Below, in pieces: positions 30,374 through 32,000 of a stretch of DNA of 32,000 nucleotides. Both the position numbers and the translations under genes were made by a program. Source of the DNA: Casimicrobium huifangae (GTDB lineage: Bacteria > Pseudomonadota > Gammaproteobacteria > Burkholderiales > Casimicrobiaceae); the NCBI RefSeq assembly GCF_009746125.1, contig NZ_CP041352.1, forward strand, positions 367,847-399,846, read 5' to 3'. Each line of letters begins with the position of its first letter. Positions within the stretch are counted from its first letter, which is position 1. The notes below the pieces were generated by a model. The model saw only the letters and a list, made by a program, of their open reading frames with translations. It did not search any database and had not been told where the DNA came from.

Positions 30374-31081
30374 ATGGCGATCATGCTTACCGCTTTGTCC
30401 ATCGACATGCCCATGCGCCCGTGGCGGTTGAGCGGGACGGTTTACGGCACGCTGCTCAATCACGTGCCGGCGCTGGCTTCGCTTGGCGACGCTGCGAATG
30501 CCGCGCCATACAAGGCGGCGCCGAAGGCCCCCGTGCTGTTTGTCAAGCCGCGCAATACGCTGCTCGCACCCGGACAGCCGGTATGTGCGCCGGATGGCGA
30601 CGGTGTGTGGCAGGTCGGTGTGTCGCTGGGCATTGTGATCGGCCGCACTGCCTGTCGCCTTGCTGAAAGCGACGCTGCCAGCGTCGTCGCTGGTTACACG
30701 ATGGTCGTGGATTTCAGCGTGCCACACGAGAGCTTTTATCGTCCGTCGGTGCGCTTCAAGGCGCGAGATGGTTCGTGCGCTATTGGTCCGCGGGTGGTTG
30801 CGGTTGCGGAGACTGAATCGCCCGACGACCTCGCGATCACGGTCGCGGTCGATGGCGCGCTGGTGCAACAGGCCAGCACAGCGAACATGATTCGCCCGGT
30901 CACACGCCTGCTCGCGGACGTGACCGACTTCATGACGCTGGCACCCGGTGATGTGCTGATGCTCGGTGTGCCGCACGGCGCGCCACTGGTGCGTGCGGGG
31001 CAGCGCATTCGCGCCGAGATCGCGGGCATTGGCGCTTACGAAACGGTGATCACGGCGGCCACGGTGCAGGAGGCCGCATGA
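30374..31081 (+). CDS. hpaG1: Fumarylacetoacetate hydrolase-family HpaG/HpcE N-terminal-type subunit (homoprotocatechuate pathway isomerase/decarboxylase)
   Basis: Track ORF 30191..31081. ATG 30374 is preferred because it lies downstream of the promoter. FAH-family sequence: VYGTLLNH...APVLFVKPRNTL...VGVSLGIVIGRTA...GYTMVVDFSVPH...MTLAPGDVLMLGVP. Context: between hpaR and hpaG2/hpaE. Confidence 0.75.
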   Translation: MAIMLTALSIDMPMRPWRLSGTVYGTLLNHVPALASLGDAANAAPYKAAPKAPVLFVKPRNTLLAPGQPVCAPDGDGVWQVGVSLGIVIGRTACRLAESDAASVVAGYTMVVDFSVPHESFYRPSVRFKARDGSCAIGPRVVAVAETESPDDLAITVAVDGALVQQASTANMIRPVTRLLADVTDFMTLAPGDVLMLGVPHGAPLVRAGQRIRAEIAGIGAYETVITAATVQEAA

Positions 31082-31845
31082 GAACTGCGCGCGTTGCCTA
31101 CGGCGGGGCGATTCACACAGCGTATCCGCACGAGCGCGGCGTTCAGCTTGCGGACGGCCGCGTGCTGGCTGACGCTGACGTGGTGTGGCTGCCGCCGTTC
31201 GAGGTGGGCACCATCATTGCGCTGGGCCTGAACTACAGCGACCACGTCAAGGAGCTGTCGAAAGAGCTCACCATCACCACCAAAGACGAGCCGCTGGTGT
31301 TCCTCAAAGGGCCGGGCGCCGTGATCGGCCATCGTGGCTTTACGCGGCGGCCAGCTGGCATGAGCTTCATGCATTACGAGTGCGAGCTCGCCGTCGTTAT
31401 CGGCAAACCGGCGTACAAGGTGCGCGCGGCCGATGCGATGCAGCATGTGGCGGGCTACACCGTGTGCAACGACTACGCCATCCGCGACTATCTCGAGAAC
31501 TGGTATCGCCCCAACCTGCGCGTGAAAAACCGCGACACTGGCACCGTGCTGGGTCCGTGGCTGGTGGATGCGGAGGATGTGCCGCATCCGCATGATCTTG
31601 CCCTGCGCACGCTGGTCAACGGCAAGGTGACGCAGCAGGGCCACACCGGCAACATGATCAACGACATCCCGGCGCTGATCGAGTATCTCAGCGGTTTCAT
31701 GACGCTCGCGCCCGGCGACGTGATCCTCACCGGCACGCCGGAGGGCGTCGTCAACGTGAATGTTGGCGACGAGGTTGTCACAGAGATTGACGGCATCGGC
31801 CGTCTTGTCAACACCATCGTCGGCGACGAAGCGTTCGGCCGTTAA
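31078..31845 (+). CDS. hpaG2: FAH-family HpaG/HpcE C-terminal-type subunit
   Basis: ATGA overlap with the previous gene. IIALGLNYSDHVKEL...PLVFLKGPGAVIGH...HYECELAVVIGK...GYTVCNDYAIRDY...MTLAPGDVILTGTPEGV. Confidence 0.8.
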   Translation: MRTARVAYGGAIHTAYPHERGVQLADGRVLADADVVWLPPFEVGTIIALGLNYSDHVKELSKELTITTKDEPLVFLKGPGAVIGHRGFTRRPAGMSFMHYECELAVVIGKPAYKVRAADAMQHVAGYTVCNDYAIRDYLENWYRPNLRVKNRDTGTVLGPWLVDAEDVPHPHDLALRTLVNGKVTQQGHTGNMINDIPALIEYLSGFMTLAPGDVILTGTPEGVVNVNVGDEVVTEIDGIGRLVNTIVGDEAFGR

Positions 31846-31863
31846 TCCTCGAATTCTGGAAGC

Positions 31864-32000
31864 ATGCACATGCAGATTCAGCACCTCATTAACGGCAAAT
31901 CACAGACAAGCCGCGACACCTTCGAAACGGTCAACCCTGCCACGCAGGAGACGCTGGCCGAAGTCGCTCGCGGCGGTGCAGACGAAGTGAACGCCGCCGT
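31864..32000 (+). CDS. hpaE: 5-carboxymethyl-2-hydroxymuconate semialdehyde dehydrogenase (aldehyde dehydrogenase family), N-terminal fragment running off the right edge
   Basis: Not in the ORF track. The frame from ATG 31864 reads MHMQIQHLINGKSQTSRDTFETVNPATQETLAEVARGGADEVNAA, a canonical ALDH N-terminus (INGK...F...NPAT.E.L..V..G...EV..A). Position after hpaG matches hpa operon order. Confidence 0.7.
   Translation, partial: MHMQIQHLINGKSQTSRDTFETVNPATQETLAEVARGGADEVNAA

Noticed and set aside
1-32000. CRISPR arrays, rRNA, IS elements, retron/reverse transcriptase, prophage structural genes
   Set aside because: I saw no regularly spaced direct repeats, no transposase/integrase/RT-like ORFs in any frame of the track, and no rRNA-like segments.

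Overview
High-GC proteobacterial chromosomal window. I saw no rRNA, CRISPR array, transposase or integrase. Left ~10.6 kb: a partial DUF2256-like gene coupled to a MerR/B12-binding (LitR/CarH-like) regulator, divergent folE2, tRNA-Lys(UUU), then a secreted cluster (OmpA-like protein, giant RCC1-repeat protein, caspase C14/coiled-coil/rhodanese protein), a CDF transporter and an orphan DUF433 gene. Centre (~10.9-26.3 kb): a visibly lower-GC defence island. It holds a small-ORF/vsr/dcm operon, a convergent AIPR abortive-infection gene, and, divergent from AIPR, a five-gene translationally coupled operon. That operon encodes two proteins with no domain I can recognise, a NERD+SF1 helicase, a 1227-aa DrmA-like DExH helicase and a 707-aa DrmB-like DUF1998 protein. 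It looks like a DISARM-related system with a non-canonical gene set (no PLD DrmC, no SNF2 DrmD, no recognisable DrmE) and is my top candidate for the undescribed system. Right: three tandem type II toxin-antitoxin pairs, an LLM flavin oxidoreductase and the start of a homoprotocatechuate cluster (hpaR, then hpaG1-hpaG2-hpaE). All family calls rest on motif recognition by eye; no database search was run.
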